DNA of 32,000 nucleotides from Methanopyrus kandleri AV19 (GTDB lineage Archaea; JAADCQ01; Methanopyri; Methanopyrales; Methanopyraceae): positions 690,001 through 722,000 of the forward strand of contig NC_003551.1 in assembly GCF_000007185.1 (NCBI RefSeq). The letters are read 5' to 3'. The position numbers and the translations under genes were made by a program. Shown one piece after another: positions 1 to 10,091 of this stretch (its first letter is position 1; each line of letters begins with the position of its first letter). The notes beneath the pieces were generated by a model. That model was not told where the DNA came from, did no database searches, and worked only from the letters and a program-made list of their open reading frames with translations.

Positions 1-1
1 G

Positions 2-1000
2 GTCGAGGTCCCGGAATACGAACCACCGGTTGAGGAGTACGAAGGCTGTGTGGCCGAGGTGCAGATCGGGGCGACGCGGTCCGACGGCGGTTCTCGGGAT
101 CGGGTCGTCGTCCTGGGTGGTGAGCGCGCCTACTTCCCGTTCGAAGAACCACGACCGAACCCTCCCGTGGTCACGTTCGACGTGTTCGACACCCCGGATG
201 TGGGTATCCCCGGACCTATTCGGGAGGAGCTGGGCGACGTCATCGAAGACCCCGTGGACTGGGCAAGAACTGTCGTCAAGCGCTACGGCGTCGATATCGT
301 CACCGTCCATCTGGTCAGTACGTCCCCCAAGCTCCATGATGCTCCTGTCGAGGAGGCTATGGAGACACTGGAGGACATCCTCGATGCCGTGAAGGTCCCG
401 ATCATCGTGGGCGGATCCGGCGACCCCGAGAAGGATGTGGAGGTGTTCGTGAAGGCGGCCGAAGTCTGCGAGGGAGAGCGGGTGATGCTATCCTCGATCA
501 ACGAGGACATGGACTTCGAGCGGGTGGTTGAGGCGGCCAAAGAACACGGTCACGTGGTACTGACCTTCGCCCCGGTCGATGTGAACCTCATGAAGTCCCT
601 GAATAAGAAAGTACTGAATAGAGGCCTCTCGAAGGAAGACGTCGTCATGGACCCGACGACCTGCGCTCTGGGTTACGGTATCGAGTACACGATCGACGTT
701 ATGACCAGGATCAGGCTCGCCGCGCTGAAGGGTGATGAACACCTGCAGATGCCGATCTCCAGCGGTTCCACCAACGCGTGGGCCGCGCGGGAGGCTTGGA
801 TGAAGGAGGAATCTTGGGGACCGCGTGAGTACCGCGGACCGCTGTGGGAGGCGGTAACGGCGACCACGGTGGCACTCTGCGGTGCCGACCTGTTGATGAT
901 GTTCCACCCGTGGGCCGTGCAAGTGGTTATGGAGGCTATGGAGTACATGGCCGAAGGACGCGTCACCGGAGACGCGTACGTGACCGACGTGATCGCCTGA
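2..1000 (+). CDS. cdhD: CO dehydrogenase/acetyl-CoA synthase (ACDS) delta subunit, 5' end cut by the window edge
   Basis: Track ORF 50-1000, but the same frame is open to the left edge (VEVPEYEPPVEEYEGCVAEVQIGATRSDGGSR). TIM-barrel corrinoid-protein small subunit motifs and an adjacent cdhE. Confidence 0.93.
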   Translation, partial: VEVPEYEPPVEEYEGCVAEVQIGATRSDGGSRDRVVVLGGERAYFPFEEPRPNPPVVTFDVFDTPDVGIPGPIREELGDVIEDPVDWARTVVKRYGVDIVTVHLVSTSPKLHDAPVEEAMETLEDILDAVKVPIIVGGSGDPEKDVEVFVKAAEVCEGERVMLSSINEDMDFERVVEAAKEHGHVVLTFAPVDVNLMKSLNKKVLNRGLSKEDVVMDPTTCALGYGIEYTIDVMTRIRLAALKGDEHLQMPISSGSTNAWAAREAWMKEESWGPREYRGPLWEAVTATTVALCGADLLMMFHPWAVQVVMEAMEYMAEGRVTGDAYVTDVIA

Positions 1001-1013
1001 GGGGGAGACGCTC

Positions 1014-2402
1014 GTGGCCCAGCTCAGCGCGATGGACGTGTACAACCTGCTACCCAAGGCCAACTGCGGGGCGTGTGGCTGCAAGACCTGCATGGAATTC
1101 GCTACGAAGCTCGTCAATCGGGAGGCGAAGCCCGAGGATTGCCCGAAGCTCGACGATGAGAGCCTAGAGAAGCTTCAGGAGCTGCTAGCGCCGCCAGTCA
1201 AGGAGCTGACGATAGGGGAAGGGGACCGCGAAGTCACCGTCGGCGGCGATGAGGTGATGTTCCGACACGAGCTCTCGTTCTTCAACCCACCGCCGGTGTT
1301 CGTCACCGTTTACGACGACATGGAGGAGGACGAAATCGCCGGAAAGACGGAGGAAATTCAGGAGTTTCAAGTCGAACGCGTTGGAGAGGTCCTGAAGCTT
1401 GACGGCGTCGCGGTGGTATCCCGAACGGGGGACCCCGAGAAGTACGCTCGGGCGGTTGAGATCGCGGTGGAGCGCTCTGAGGACCTCGCCGTGGCGTTGA
1501 TCACCACTGATCCTAAGGTGATGGAAGCTGGTCTCGACGTTTTCGACGAACGTCCGCTGCTTTATCCGGCGACCGAGGAGAACGTCGAGGACCTAGCGAA
1601 GCTAGCGGCCGATGGGGACTGTCCCCTGGGACTTCACGCCCGTGACGTCGAAGACCTCGTACCCCTGGTCGTCGAGGCGCAGCAGTACACGGACGATCTG
1701 CTCCTGGACCCGGGTACGGAGTTCGGTCCCCACGACGTGGTTTCTACCACGGACAAGCTGGCGGAGATCCGCAAGGCGGCTATCGAGGAGTTCGAGAGCT
1801 TCGGTTACCCGACCCTCGTTACGACGTTTCCCTACGCGTTCCTCGAAGATGATCCCGTAAAAGCCGCTAGACGGGAATCGTACCTAGCGTCCGCCTGTGT
1901 GCTAAGGTACGCCGACATCCTTATCATGGACACCGTAGAACCTTGGGCGCTCCTTCCGGTGCTAACCCAGCGTCAGTGCGTGTACACCGACCCACGGGAG
2001 CCTCAGGAAGTAGAACCCGGCCTGTACAGGATCGGTGACCCGGACGAGAATTCTCCTGTGTTAGTCACGACGAACTTCACGCTGACGTACCACTGTGTGG
2101 CCGGCGACCTCGAGAGCGCCGACATCGACTGTTGGCTGCTGGTCATCGATACCGGCGGACTAGCCGTAGACGTCAGCGTTGCCGGCGGTCAGTTCACGGG
2201 GGAGGCCGTGAAGGAAGTCATCGAGGAGACGGACATCGAGGACAAGGTCGAACATCGTGTCCTTGTGATCCCGGGCAAGGCCGCCGCCGTGAAAGGGGAC
2301 GTGGAGGACGCCACCGGCTGGGACGTGATGATCGGTACTCAGGACTCGTCCGAGCTGCCTGAGTTTCTGGAGAAAGAAGGTCTACTGAGGATTGAGGAAT
2401 GA
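1014..2402 (+). CDS. cdhE: ACDS complex gamma subunit (corrinoid/Fe-S protein large subunit)
   Basis: N-terminal MDVYNLLPKANCGACGCKTCMEFA Fe-S motif, full-length 462 aa, directly follows cdhD. Confidence 0.95.
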   Translation: MAQLSAMDVYNLLPKANCGACGCKTCMEFATKLVNREAKPEDCPKLDDESLEKLQELLAPPVKELTIGEGDREVTVGGDEVMFRHELSFFNPPPVFVTVYDDMEEDEIAGKTEEIQEFQVERVGEVLKLDGVAVVSRTGDPEKYARAVEIAVERSEDLAVALITTDPKVMEAGLDVFDERPLLYPATEENVEDLAKLAADGDCPLGLHARDVEDLVPLVVEAQQYTDDLLLDPGTEFGPHDVVSTTDKLAEIRKAAIEEFESFGYPTLVTTFPYAFLEDDPVKAARRESYLASACVLRYADILIMDTVEPWALLPVLTQRQCVYTDPREPQEVEPGLYRIGDPDENSPVLVTTNFTLTYHCVAGDLESADIDCWLLVIDTGGLAVDVSVAGGQFTGEAVKEVIEETDIEDKVEHRVLVIPGKAAAVKGDVEDATGWDVMIGTQDSSELPEFLEKEGLLRIEE

Positions 2403-2456
2403 CCGGCGACTTTATCCTTCCCCAACCCTGGCGCTAGGGACCTCGGGGATGAGCTG

Positions 2457-3386
2457 TTGATCCTGGTGACCGGAGGAGCCGGGTTCATAGGTTCGCACGT
2501 CGTGGAGGAGCTCGTCGATCGAGGCCACGACGTGGTGGTTTTGGACAACTTCAGCGTGGGTTGTGAGGAGAACCTCCGTGAGGTCCGGGACGATATCGAG
2601 ATCGTACGTGCCGACGTGACGGATCCTAGGGCCGTGGAGCGAACGTTTCGGGAGTACCGACCGGAGGCCGTGATTCACCTGGCCGCCCAGGTCAACGTAC
2701 GCTACTCCATGGAGTCGCCCTTCGTCGACGCCAGGATCAACGCATTGGGTACCCTGAACCTCGTCTCGTTGGCCGCCGAGCACGACGTCGAGAGATTCGT
2801 ATACGCGTCCTCGGGTGGGGCGGTGTACGGGGAACCGGAGTACTTACCCGTGGATGAGGAACATCCCACGCGACCGATATCGAACTACGGCGTCTCGAAG
2901 CTCGCAGGTGAGTACTACGTCCGTGTGTACGCCGAGCGGGACGGGTTCGAGTACGTCATCCTACGATACGCTAACGTTTACGGTCCTCGGCAGGATCCCA
3001 GGGGCGAGGCAGGGGTTATCCCTATCTTCCTATTACGGGCCGCCCGAGGTGAGCCGCTCACGATCTTCGGGGACGGTGAGCAAACCCGTGACTTCGTTTT
3101 CGTCGAGGACGTAGCTCGGGTCACGGCCGAGGCGGTGGAGCGTGGTGATGGTGTGTACAACATAGGTACCGGCCGTGAGACCTCCGTGAACGACATCGTG
3201 AACGCCGTGAAGGCGGTCACAGGGGTCGACGTGGAAGTAGTGTACGAGGATCCGCGGCCGGGCGAGGTTCGTCGGATATACCTCGACCCGAGCCGCGCCC
3301 GGGAGGAGCTGGGGTTCGAGCCACGCGTCGACCTAGAGGAGGGGATCGAGCGAACCTGGGAGTGGATCCGTCGGAAAATCGCGTAG
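2457..3386 (+). CDS. NAD-dependent nucleotide-sugar epimerase/dehydratase (extended SDR, GalE/WbpP-like)
   Basis: MILVTGGAGFIGSHVVEEL (GxxGxxG), YGVSKLAGEYY (YxxxK), family-wide C-terminal pattern. Confidence 0.9.
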   Translation: MILVTGGAGFIGSHVVEELVDRGHDVVVLDNFSVGCEENLREVRDDIEIVRADVTDPRAVERTFREYRPEAVIHLAAQVNVRYSMESPFVDARINALGTLNLVSLAAEHDVERFVYASSGGAVYGEPEYLPVDEEHPTRPISNYGVSKLAGEYYVRVYAERDGFEYVILRYANVYGPRQDPRGEAGVIPIFLLRAARGEPLTIFGDGEQTRDFVFVEDVARVTAEAVERGDGVYNIGTGRETSVNDIVNAVKAVTGVDVEVVYEDPRPGEVRRIYLDPSRAREELGFEPRVDLEEGIERTWEWIRRKIA

Positions 3387-3425
3387 CCCTTTAATCCCCA
3401 CCTCGGAGGTCCTGGGGGTGCCGAG

Positions 3426-3929
3426 TTGCCGGACGTTTTCGTCCTGGTCGTCGCCCCGGACAGGTGCACGGACTGCCGTAAGTGCGTCAACGCGTGCGAG
3501 CGCACCCACGGTCACGCCCGGATTTACAAGATCTCCGAGGATGCGCCCCCCGTCACGTGTCTTCAGTGTGACGACGCACCCTGCGCGAACGTCTGCCCGG
3601 TGAACGCGATCGTGGAGGAGGGCGACTCGTGGATCGTCACCGAGGACTGCGTCGGCTGCGGTTTGTGCGCCGTCGCGTGCCCCTTCGGCGCCATCGAAAT
3701 GGTGAACGGCCGGGCCGACAAGTGCACCCTCTGCGTGGACGCCCCCAAGAAAGTGCCCGCGTGCGTGGAGGCGTGTGATCGGGGCGCGCTGAAGTTGGTC
3801 TCGAAGTCGCAGGTCGCGGAGGAGAAACGCGAACGGTTCGCCATCGAGATGGAACGGATATACCGGACGCTCGCGAAGCTCGAATCGGAGGAGGGGTCCC
3901 TTCGGGGTGAAAGTGGGAGTCGTGGGTAA
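3426..3929 (+). CDS. CooF/HycB-like ferredoxin with four [4Fe-4S] cysteine clusters
   Basis: Cys clusters CTDCRKCVNAC, CLQCDDAPCANVCP, CVGCGLCAVACP and CTLCVDAPKKVPACVEAC; located between cdh and a CooC-like gene. TTG start. Confidence 0.85.
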   Translation: MPDVFVLVVAPDRCTDCRKCVNACERTHGHARIYKISEDAPPVTCLQCDDAPCANVCPVNAIVEEGDSWIVTEDCVGCGLCAVACPFGAIEMVNGRADKCTLCVDAPKKVPACVEACDRGALKLVSKSQVAEEKRERFAIEMERIYRTLAKLESEEGSLRGESGSRG

Positions 3930-4650
3930 AGGGGGCGTCGGCAAGACCACCGTAGCCGCCGCTCTCGCCAAGGCTCTCACGGACGTAGGGTACGAGGTGC
4001 TGGCCGTAGACGCCGATCCCGACCCCGACCTGGCTTACTCCTTGGGCCTCCCTGAATCACCCACTCCGATCGTCGAACGGCGCGAGCTCGTCCGGGAACG
4101 TACGGGTGCGGAACCGGGCACGACCTACGGCCCTGTGTTCAAGGTCAATCCGCGGGTCTCTGATCTCCCCGACGAGCTCGCCGTGAGGGTCGCGCCCGGT
4201 CTCCGACTCCTGGTGGTCGGAAGCGTTGAGAACCCCGGTGAGGGTTGCTTCTGCCCGGCCGCCGCGTTGGCACGCAGGTTAATCCGTTACGTCATCGCCG
4301 ACAGGGACGAGTCCGTAGTGGTGGACACCGACGCGGGTCTGGAGCACTTCGGAAGGAGGGTACTGGAGTCCGTCGACTGGGTAGTGGTGGTGTGCGAACC
4401 CTCTGTTAAGTCCATGAAAAATGCCCGAGAGTCGGTGCGCCTCGCCCGTGAGATGGGGATCGAGAGGGTAGCCCTCGTCAAGAACAAGTGGCGGGAGGAC
4501 GCTCCGGAGCCCGATCTCGACGTCGACTTCGAGCTGACGGTCCCGTACTCCGACAAGCTCGTGGAGCTGGAGATGGAGGGGAGACCGGTATGGGAGGATC
4601 CGGTGGTGAGGAAGGCGGGAGAGGAGCTGGCAAGACGTCTTACGAGGTAG
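3907..4650 (+). CDS. cooC: CooC-like nickel-insertion/CODH maturation ATPase (MinD/ParA family)
   Basis: MKVGVVGKGGVGKTTVAAAL deviant Walker A, DADPDPDLAYSLG, CFCPAAAL Cys motif. Confidence 0.85.
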   Translation: MKVGVVGKGGVGKTTVAAALAKALTDVGYEVLAVDADPDPDLAYSLGLPESPTPIVERRELVRERTGAEPGTTYGPVFKVNPRVSDLPDELAVRVAPGLRLLVVGSVENPGEGCFCPAAALARRLIRYVIADRDESVVVDTDAGLEHFGRRVLESVDWVVVVCEPSVKSMKNARESVRLAREMGIERVALVKNKWREDAPEPDLDVDFELTVPYSDKLVELEMEGRPVWEDPVVRKAGEELARRLTR

Positions 4651-4850
4651 TAATCCGCGAGGAGCACTGCAAGGGATGCTTCCTCTGCTCCTGGGTCTGC
4701 CCGATCGACGCGCTGAAGAGGTCGAACCGGAGGAACGAGCGCGGTTACCTGCTCCCGGAATGGAACGGCGAGTGCACCGGATGTCGACAGTGCGAGCTCA
4801 TTTGCCCCGACCTCGCGATCGAGGTGAGGGAGGTGGAGGGAGATGGGTAA
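4590..4850 (+). CDS. korD: 2-oxoacid:ferredoxin oxidoreductase delta (ferredoxin) subunit, probably KorD
   Basis: Track ORF 4488-4850; the ATG at 4590 gives MGGSGGEEGGRGAGKTSYEVVIREEHCKGCFLCSWVCPIDAL...CTGCRQCELICPDLAI, two 4Fe-4S motifs. Immediately upstream of korA. Exact start uncertain. Confidence 0.8.
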   Translation: MGGSGGEEGGRGAGKTSYEVVIREEHCKGCFLCSWVCPIDALKRSNRRNERGYLLPEWNGECTGCRQCELICPDLAIEVREVEGDG

Positions 4851-5961
4851 GGTCGACTTCCTGCAAGGTAACGAGGCCTGCGCGGAAGGAGCGATCGCCG
4901 CGGGTTGCCGGTTCTTCGCCGGCTACCCGATCACACCATCCACCGAGATCGCGGAGCGGATGAGCGCACGACTTCCCGAGGTCGGCGGCGTGTACGTGCA
5001 GATGGAGGACGAGATCGCCTCGCTCGCAGCGGTGATCGGTGCTTCTTGGGCCGGCGTCAAGGCCATGACCGCGACCGCGGGACCGGGTTTCTCGTTGATG
5101 CAGGAGCACATGGGCTACGCGGTGATGGCGGAGACGCCCTGCGTGATCGTGAACGTGCAGCGCGGTGGACCCAGTACAGGGCAACCTACTAAGGCATCGC
5201 AGTCGGACGTCATGCAGGCACGCTGGGGCTCCCACGGAGATTACGAGATCGTCGCGCTATCCCCCTCCACGGTGCAGGAGATGTACGACCTCACGATCGA
5301 GTGCTTCAACTGGTCGGAGCGTCTCCGCGTGCCCGCAGTCCTCCTCACGGATGAAGTCGTCGGACACATGCGGGAGCGTGTGGTACTGCGGGACGACGTC
5401 GAAACGGTCGAGCGGGAGCTACCGCCCGAGGGTGAGGAGATCGAGAAGCCATTTCCGATGGAGCCCGACGATCTCGTTCCCCCGATGCCGGTGTTCGGCA
5501 GAGGGCACCGAGTCCACGTGACCGGGCTCACCCACGACGAGCGAGGATATCCGGCTACGGACGACCCCGAGGTTCATCGCAAGCTCGTCATGAGGCTGTG
5601 CAACAAGGTCAGGAAGCGGGCTCGAGAGATCCACGAGGAGGTAGGGTACGACTTCGAGGAGCGCGAGTCCGACGTCGCCCTAGTGGCCTACGGAGGCTGC
5701 GCCAGGACCGTGATCGAGGCGGCCGAGGAGCTCGGGGTCACCGTCTTCCGCCCCAAGGTTGTCCACCCGTTCGACCCCGATATGATCCGTGACTTACTCG
5801 ACGGCTACGAGGTCCTAGTCGTCGAGATGAACTTGGGTCAGTACGTCGAGATGGTCGAGCGTGCCCTGGATCGCGAGTGCGTGCACCTGCTCGGCTATCC
5901 GGGTGGCTATCCACCGACCCCAGAGCGCGTAATCCGTGAGGTGAAGAAGCTCTCGGGGTGA
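4843..5961 (+). CDS. korA: 2-oxoglutarate:ferredoxin oxidoreductase alpha subunit
   Basis: GNEACAEGAIAAGCRFFAGYPITPSTEIAE motif; full length 372 aa. Confidence 0.9.
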   Translation: MGKVDFLQGNEACAEGAIAAGCRFFAGYPITPSTEIAERMSARLPEVGGVYVQMEDEIASLAAVIGASWAGVKAMTATAGPGFSLMQEHMGYAVMAETPCVIVNVQRGGPSTGQPTKASQSDVMQARWGSHGDYEIVALSPSTVQEMYDLTIECFNWSERLRVPAVLLTDEVVGHMRERVVLRDDVETVERELPPEGEEIEKPFPMEPDDLVPPMPVFGRGHRVHVTGLTHDERGYPATDDPEVHRKLVMRLCNKVRKRAREIHEEVGYDFEERESDVALVAYGGCARTVIEAAEELGVTVFRPKVVHPFDPDMIRDLLDGYEVLVVEMNLGQYVEMVERALDRECVHLLGYPGGYPPTPERVIREVKKLSG

Positions 5962-6773
5962 CCGTCGTGGATTGGAAGGAGCTCGTACGCTGGGACCGCA
6001 TGCCGCACATCCTCTGCCCCGGTTGTGGGAACGGCACCATCCTGAACGCGCTGGTTCGCGTCCTGGCGGAGAAGTTCGAGGAAGGGGAGCTCGATCCGGA
6101 TAAGACGGTGCTGGTCTCCGGCATCGGTTGCTCGTCCAGATTACCGGGCTACGTGAAACTGGACTCCCTTCACACTACCCACGGTCGTCCACTGGCCTTC
6201 GCGACTGGAATCAAGCTGGCGAACCCCGACCTCGAGGTCATCGTGATCACCGGTGACGGTGACGCGGCCGCCATCGGTGGGAACCACCTGATCCACGCCG
6301 CCCGCAGGAACTTGGACGTCACGGTGATCTGTGCCAACAACTACATTTACGGAATGACGGGCGGCCAGGTCAGCCCCACGACGCCCAGAGGTGCCAAGTC
6401 GACCACGACTCCCTACGGGAACCCGGAGCCACCGTTCGACCTTTGTGAGCTCGTTATGGGGGCCGGAGCCCCTCACGTGGAGCGGTGGACCACGGCTCAT
6501 CCCGCCCAGTTGAAGGCCGCGATCGCCCGTGCCCTCGAGCGCGAAGGTTTCTCCTTCATCGACGTGCTCTGTCAGTGTCCCACGAACTACGGCCGGAGGA
6601 ACGACATGAGGGACCCTCGAGAGATGGTCGAGTGGCTCCGGGAGAACACCTCCACGCGGGAGGAGGAAGGCAAGATCCGGATCGGAATCCTCCGCGATGA
6701 GGAGCGCGAGCCTTTCCACAAGCGCATGTACGACATGATCGAGGAGGTGAGAACGGGTGAGGAAGGAGATTAG
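5958..6773 (+). CDS. korB: 2-oxoglutarate:ferredoxin oxidoreductase beta (TPP) subunit
   Basis: HILCPGCGNGTILNAL, GIGCSSRLPGY, GDGDAAAIGGNHLIHAARRNLDVTVICANNYIYGMTGGQ. Confidence 0.93.
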   Translation: MTVVDWKELVRWDRMPHILCPGCGNGTILNALVRVLAEKFEEGELDPDKTVLVSGIGCSSRLPGYVKLDSLHTTHGRPLAFATGIKLANPDLEVIVITGDGDAAAIGGNHLIHAARRNLDVTVICANNYIYGMTGGQVSPTTPRGAKSTTTPYGNPEPPFDLCELVMGAGAPHVERWTTAHPAQLKAAIARALEREGFSFIDVLCQCPTNYGRRNDMRDPREMVEWLRENTSTREEEGKIRIGILRDEEREPFHKRMYDMIEEVRTGEEGD

Positions 6774-7287
6774 GATCAGCGGGTTCGGCGGTCAAGGGAT
6801 AGTACTCGCCGGCGTGGTTCTGGGCCGGGCCGCCGCGGTTTACGAGGGGTACAACGCCGTGCAGACGCAATCCTACGGGCCGGAGGCCCGGGGCGGTGCC
6901 TCGCGCTCGGACGTGATAGTATCCGACGAGGAGGTCATGTACCCGTACGTACGCCGACCCGACTTCCTCGTGACTATGTCGCAAGAAGCCTACGAGAAGT
7001 ACGTGGGGAGCGTTCCCGAGGACGGTCTCGTCGTCTACGACTCGACGCTCGTCGAACCCTCCCGCGAGGACGTCGAGCACGTGGGCGTCCCCGCGACCGA
7101 GCTCGCCGAGGAAGAGCTCGGGCTCAGGATCGTCGCTAACATGGTCATCTTAGGCGCGTTGCGTGAGCTCACCGGGATCGTCTCGTTCGACTCACTACGA
7201 AAGGCCGTCGAGGATTCCGTACCGCCCGGGACGGAGGACGTCAACGTCCGGGCCCTCAAGCTCGGAGCCCGGGAGGTGAGGGAATGA
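6757..7287 (+). CDS. korC: 2-oxoglutarate:ferredoxin oxidoreductase gamma subunit
   Basis: EIRISGFGGQGIVLAGVVLGRAAAVYEGYNAVQTQSYGPEARGGASRSDVI motif. Confidence 0.92.
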   Translation: MRKEIRISGFGGQGIVLAGVVLGRAAAVYEGYNAVQTQSYGPEARGGASRSDVIVSDEEVMYPYVRRPDFLVTMSQEAYEKYVGSVPEDGLVVYDSTLVEPSREDVEHVGVPATELAEEELGLRIVANMVILGALRELTGIVSFDSLRKAVEDSVPPGTEDVNVRALKLGAREVRE

Positions 7288-8363
7288 TCAGGCTGTTGGA
7301 GTACCAGGCTAAGCATCTGCTCAAGGAGGCCGGGGTGCCGATTCCAGAAGGCGACGTCGCCCGCACCTCGGCGGACGCGGCCCGGATCGCCGCCGAACTC
7401 GGGGGACCGGTGGCCGTCAAGGCGCAGGTGCCCGTCGGGGCCCGTGGTAAAGCCGGGGGTATCCTGTTCGCGGACGACCCGGAAGGGGCCAGAAAGGCCG
7501 CCCGGAAGCTGCTCGGCTCGCGGATCCGGGGTGAGACCGTCAGGAAGGTGCTCGTGGAAGAGAAACTGGACATAGCCGAGGAATGGTACGTGTCCATAAC
7601 GCTCGACCGTGCGAAGCGTAGGCCCGTACTCCTCGTCTCCCGCGAAGGTGGAGTAGATATCGAAGAGGTTCCGGACGAGAAGATCGCCCGCAGGTACCTC
7701 GACCCGATCCTAGGATTACGCCCCTTCGAAGCTCGAGAGGCGATCCTCGAGGCGGGTATCCCGAAGGAGCACCTGCGGGACGTCGAGGAAGTGATCACAT
7801 CCATGTACGAGGTGTTCGAGAGCTACGACGCTCACCTCGTGGAGATCAACCCGCTAGTTCTTACGGAGAACGGGGAGGTAGTGGCCGCGGACGCTGTCGT
7901 GAACCTGGACGAAGACGCCGCCAATATCCGGCACCCGGAGTTCGCCGAAGAGACCCGCGATTTCCCCTTCGTCGAGCTCGACGGTGACATCGGTATCATC
8001 GCCAACGGTGCGGGTCTCACCATGGCCACCATAGATCTCGTTAAGGATCTCGGTGGTAAGCCCGCCAACTTCTTGGACGTAGGTGGTGGGGCTTACCCGA
8101 CGCTCATCCGTAGAGCCATCCTCACCGTGGCCGAGCTGGACGTGAAAGTGATCCTCCTCAACATCTTCGGTGGCATCACTCGGTGTGACGAGGTGGCGGA
8201 AGGTATCGTTCAAGCCCTCGACGACGTGGACGTCCCGCTCGTGGTGAGGCTCGTGGGGACGAACGAGGAGGAAGGTCATCGCATACTCCGCGAGCACGGG
8301 GTCGACGTCTACACCGAGCTTAAGGAGGCGGTCGAACGCGCGGTCGAGTTAGCGGGGGCTTAG
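7284..8363 (+). CDS. sucC: Succinyl-CoA synthetase (ADP-forming) beta subunit
   Basis: [23 protein letters not shown] start, ATP-grasp body, [21 protein letters not shown]. Confidence 0.95.
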   Translation: MIRLLEYQAKHLLKEAGVPIPEGDVARTSADAARIAAELGGPVAVKAQVPVGARGKAGGILFADDPEGARKAARKLLGSRIRGETVRKVLVEEKLDIAEEWYVSITLDRAKRRPVLLVSREGGVDIEEVPDEKIARRYLDPILGLRPFEAREAILEAGIPKEHLRDVEEVITSMYEVFESYDAHLVEINPLVLTENGEVVAADAVVNLDEDAANIRHPEFAEETRDFPFVELDGDIGIIANGAGLTMATIDLVKDLGGKPANFLDVGGGAYPTLIRRAILTVAELDVKVILLNIFGGITRCDEVAEGIVQALDDVDVPLVVRLVGTNEEEGHRILREHGVDVYTELKEAVERAVELAGA

Positions 8364-8366
8364 CCC

Positions 8367-9230
8367 TTGTTAGACTCAGACACGCGCGTCCTCGTGCAGG
8401 GTATCACGGGCCGGCACGGAAGTTTCCATACGAAGCTAATGCTGGAGTACGGGACCGAAATCGTCGCCGGCGTAACCCCCGGCCGGGGCGGCCAGGAGGT
8501 TCACGGGGTCCCGGTCTACGACACCGTCGAAGAAGCCGTCGAAGAGACCGACGCCGAGGCTTCCGTCATATTCGTTCCAGCTCCGCAGGCACCCGACGCG
8601 GTCATGGAAGCCATCGAGGCGGGGCTCGATCCCATCGTCGTGATCACCGAGCACATACCGGCTCACGACACCATGCGGTTCGTCGAGCTAGCCCGGTGGG
8701 AAGGTATCCGCATTATCGGCCCTAACACTCCCGGAATCATCGTACCGCCGGAGCGGGTGAAGCTGGGGATCATGCCTCATCAAGTGTTCACCGAGGGTGA
8801 AGTGGCCGTAGCGTCGAGGAGCGGTACCCTCACGTACGAGATCGTTCAGGCGATGACCGAGGCCGGACTCGGTCAGTCCCTCTGCGTGGGACTCGGGGGC
8901 GACCAAATCGTCGGAACTACCTTCATAGACTTCTTGGAGTACGTCCGGGAAGATGATCGCACCGAGGCCGTGGTTCTCATCGGGGAGATAGGTGGAAATG
9001 CGGAAGAGCTCGCCGCCGAGTACATCGCGGAAACCGACTTCCCGAAGCCCGTCGTCGCCTACATCGCCGGCCGTCACGCCCCACCCGGCAAACGTATGGG
9101 CCACGCCGGGGCCATCATCGAGAGAGGTCGTGGAACCGCGGAGTCCAAGATCGAAGCTTTCCGAAAGGCAGGAGTCGATGTAGCCGAGAAGCCGTGGGAA
9201 GTGCCGGAGCTGCTTCGGGAGTACCTCTAG
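8367..9230 (+). CDS. sucD: Succinyl-CoA synthetase alpha subunit
   Basis: [35 protein letters not shown] and catalytic His region [20 protein letters not shown] start. Confidence 0.95.
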   Translation: MLDSDTRVLVQGITGRHGSFHTKLMLEYGTEIVAGVTPGRGGQEVHGVPVYDTVEEAVEETDAEASVIFVPAPQAPDAVMEAIEAGLDPIVVITEHIPAHDTMRFVELARWEGIRIIGPNTPGIIVPPERVKLGIMPHQVFTEGEVAVASRSGTLTYEIVQAMTEAGLGQSLCVGLGGDQIVGTTFIDFLEYVREDDRTEAVVLIGEIGGNAEELAAEYIAETDFPKPVVAYIAGRHAPPGKRMGHAGAIIERGRGTAESKIEAFRKAGVDVAEKPWEVPELLREYL

Positions 9231-10091
9231 TTGAAACTCTCCGTCCCCGGTGCCCTGACGGGCTTTTTTCACCCGCAGCCCGGTAAGACGCCGAAAGACA
9301 CAGGATCGCCCGGCTTCGGCCTAGCCGTCGATTCCGTTGTGATCGTACGTGTCCGACGCCTTCGGGCTGAGCGTCTCAGAGTTCGCGCAGATCATCCAAT
9401 CGACTCTCGAATAGCCCGGAAGTGCTACGAAGTGCTCGATCCCGATGGGGGCCTCAGCGTTCGTTACGAATTCTCCGTACCCCCTGGTTGCGGCTTAGGG
9501 ACCAGTGCGGCCTCCGCCCTGGGAACGTTGGCGGCCGGGGCCGCCGAGATAGGTCTCGAGGTGAGCCCCGAGTGGATCGCACGTCGCGCTTACGAGATAG
9601 AGCTAGAGCTAGGTACGGGCATCGGTGACGTGGTAACGATCTGGCACGGCGGAGCCGTCCTCCGGGTCGGACCCGGGTACCCGGACGAGGTTCTCATCCA
9701 CCGAATACCAGTCGAACCGGACCTCCGTGTCCTGATCTATGAGCCCCGACCTATCGAGACTCGCGAGGCACTCGATGGACTTTCGGGCACCGAGGTAGCC
9801 CTCAGGTACCTGAAGGAACTCGAGAGGCACCCGGATCTCGAACTCGCGCTCCGTAGGTCGTTGGAATTCGCCGAACGGCTCGGATTCTCCGAGGAAGTTA
9901 AGCTCGCCAAGGAGCTCTCCCACAAGCACCTGGGAGCTTCGATCGCCATGCTCAGTCGAACGGTTTTCGCGGTATCGTGGGAACAGGATCCACAAGCCGA
10001 CGTCGAGCTCCCTGTATCCTGCAGCTCCTTCCCGGAAATCATTTCAGGAATTTCCGAAATTCAGTGTGAACGGGGACTGAGAGATGTGTGA
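9231..10091 (+). CDS. Archaeal pantoate kinase-like GHMP kinase (CoA biosynthesis)
   Basis: GHMP motif VPPGCGLGTSAASALGTLAAGAA; N-terminus VPGALTGFFHPQ... typical of the archaeal pantoate kinase family; TTG start. Confidence 0.8.
   Translation: MKLSVPGALTGFFHPQPGKTPKDTGSPGFGLAVDSVVIVRVRRLRAERLRVRADHPIDSRIARKCYEVLDPDGGLSVRYEFSVPPGCGLGTSAASALGTLAAGAAEIGLEVSPEWIARRAYEIELELGTGIGDVVTIWHGGAVLRVGPGYPDEVLIHRIPVEPDLRVLIYEPRPIETREALDGLSGTEVALRYLKELERHPDLELALRRSLEFAERLGFSEEVKLAKELSHKHLGASIAMLSRTVFAVSWEQDPQADVELPVSCSSFPEIISGISEIQCERGLRDV

Noticed and set aside
3333-3980. 215-aa minus-strand ORF opposite the ferredoxin gene
   Set aside because: Shadow of a gene with four conserved Cys clusters; R/L/H-rich composition without motifs.
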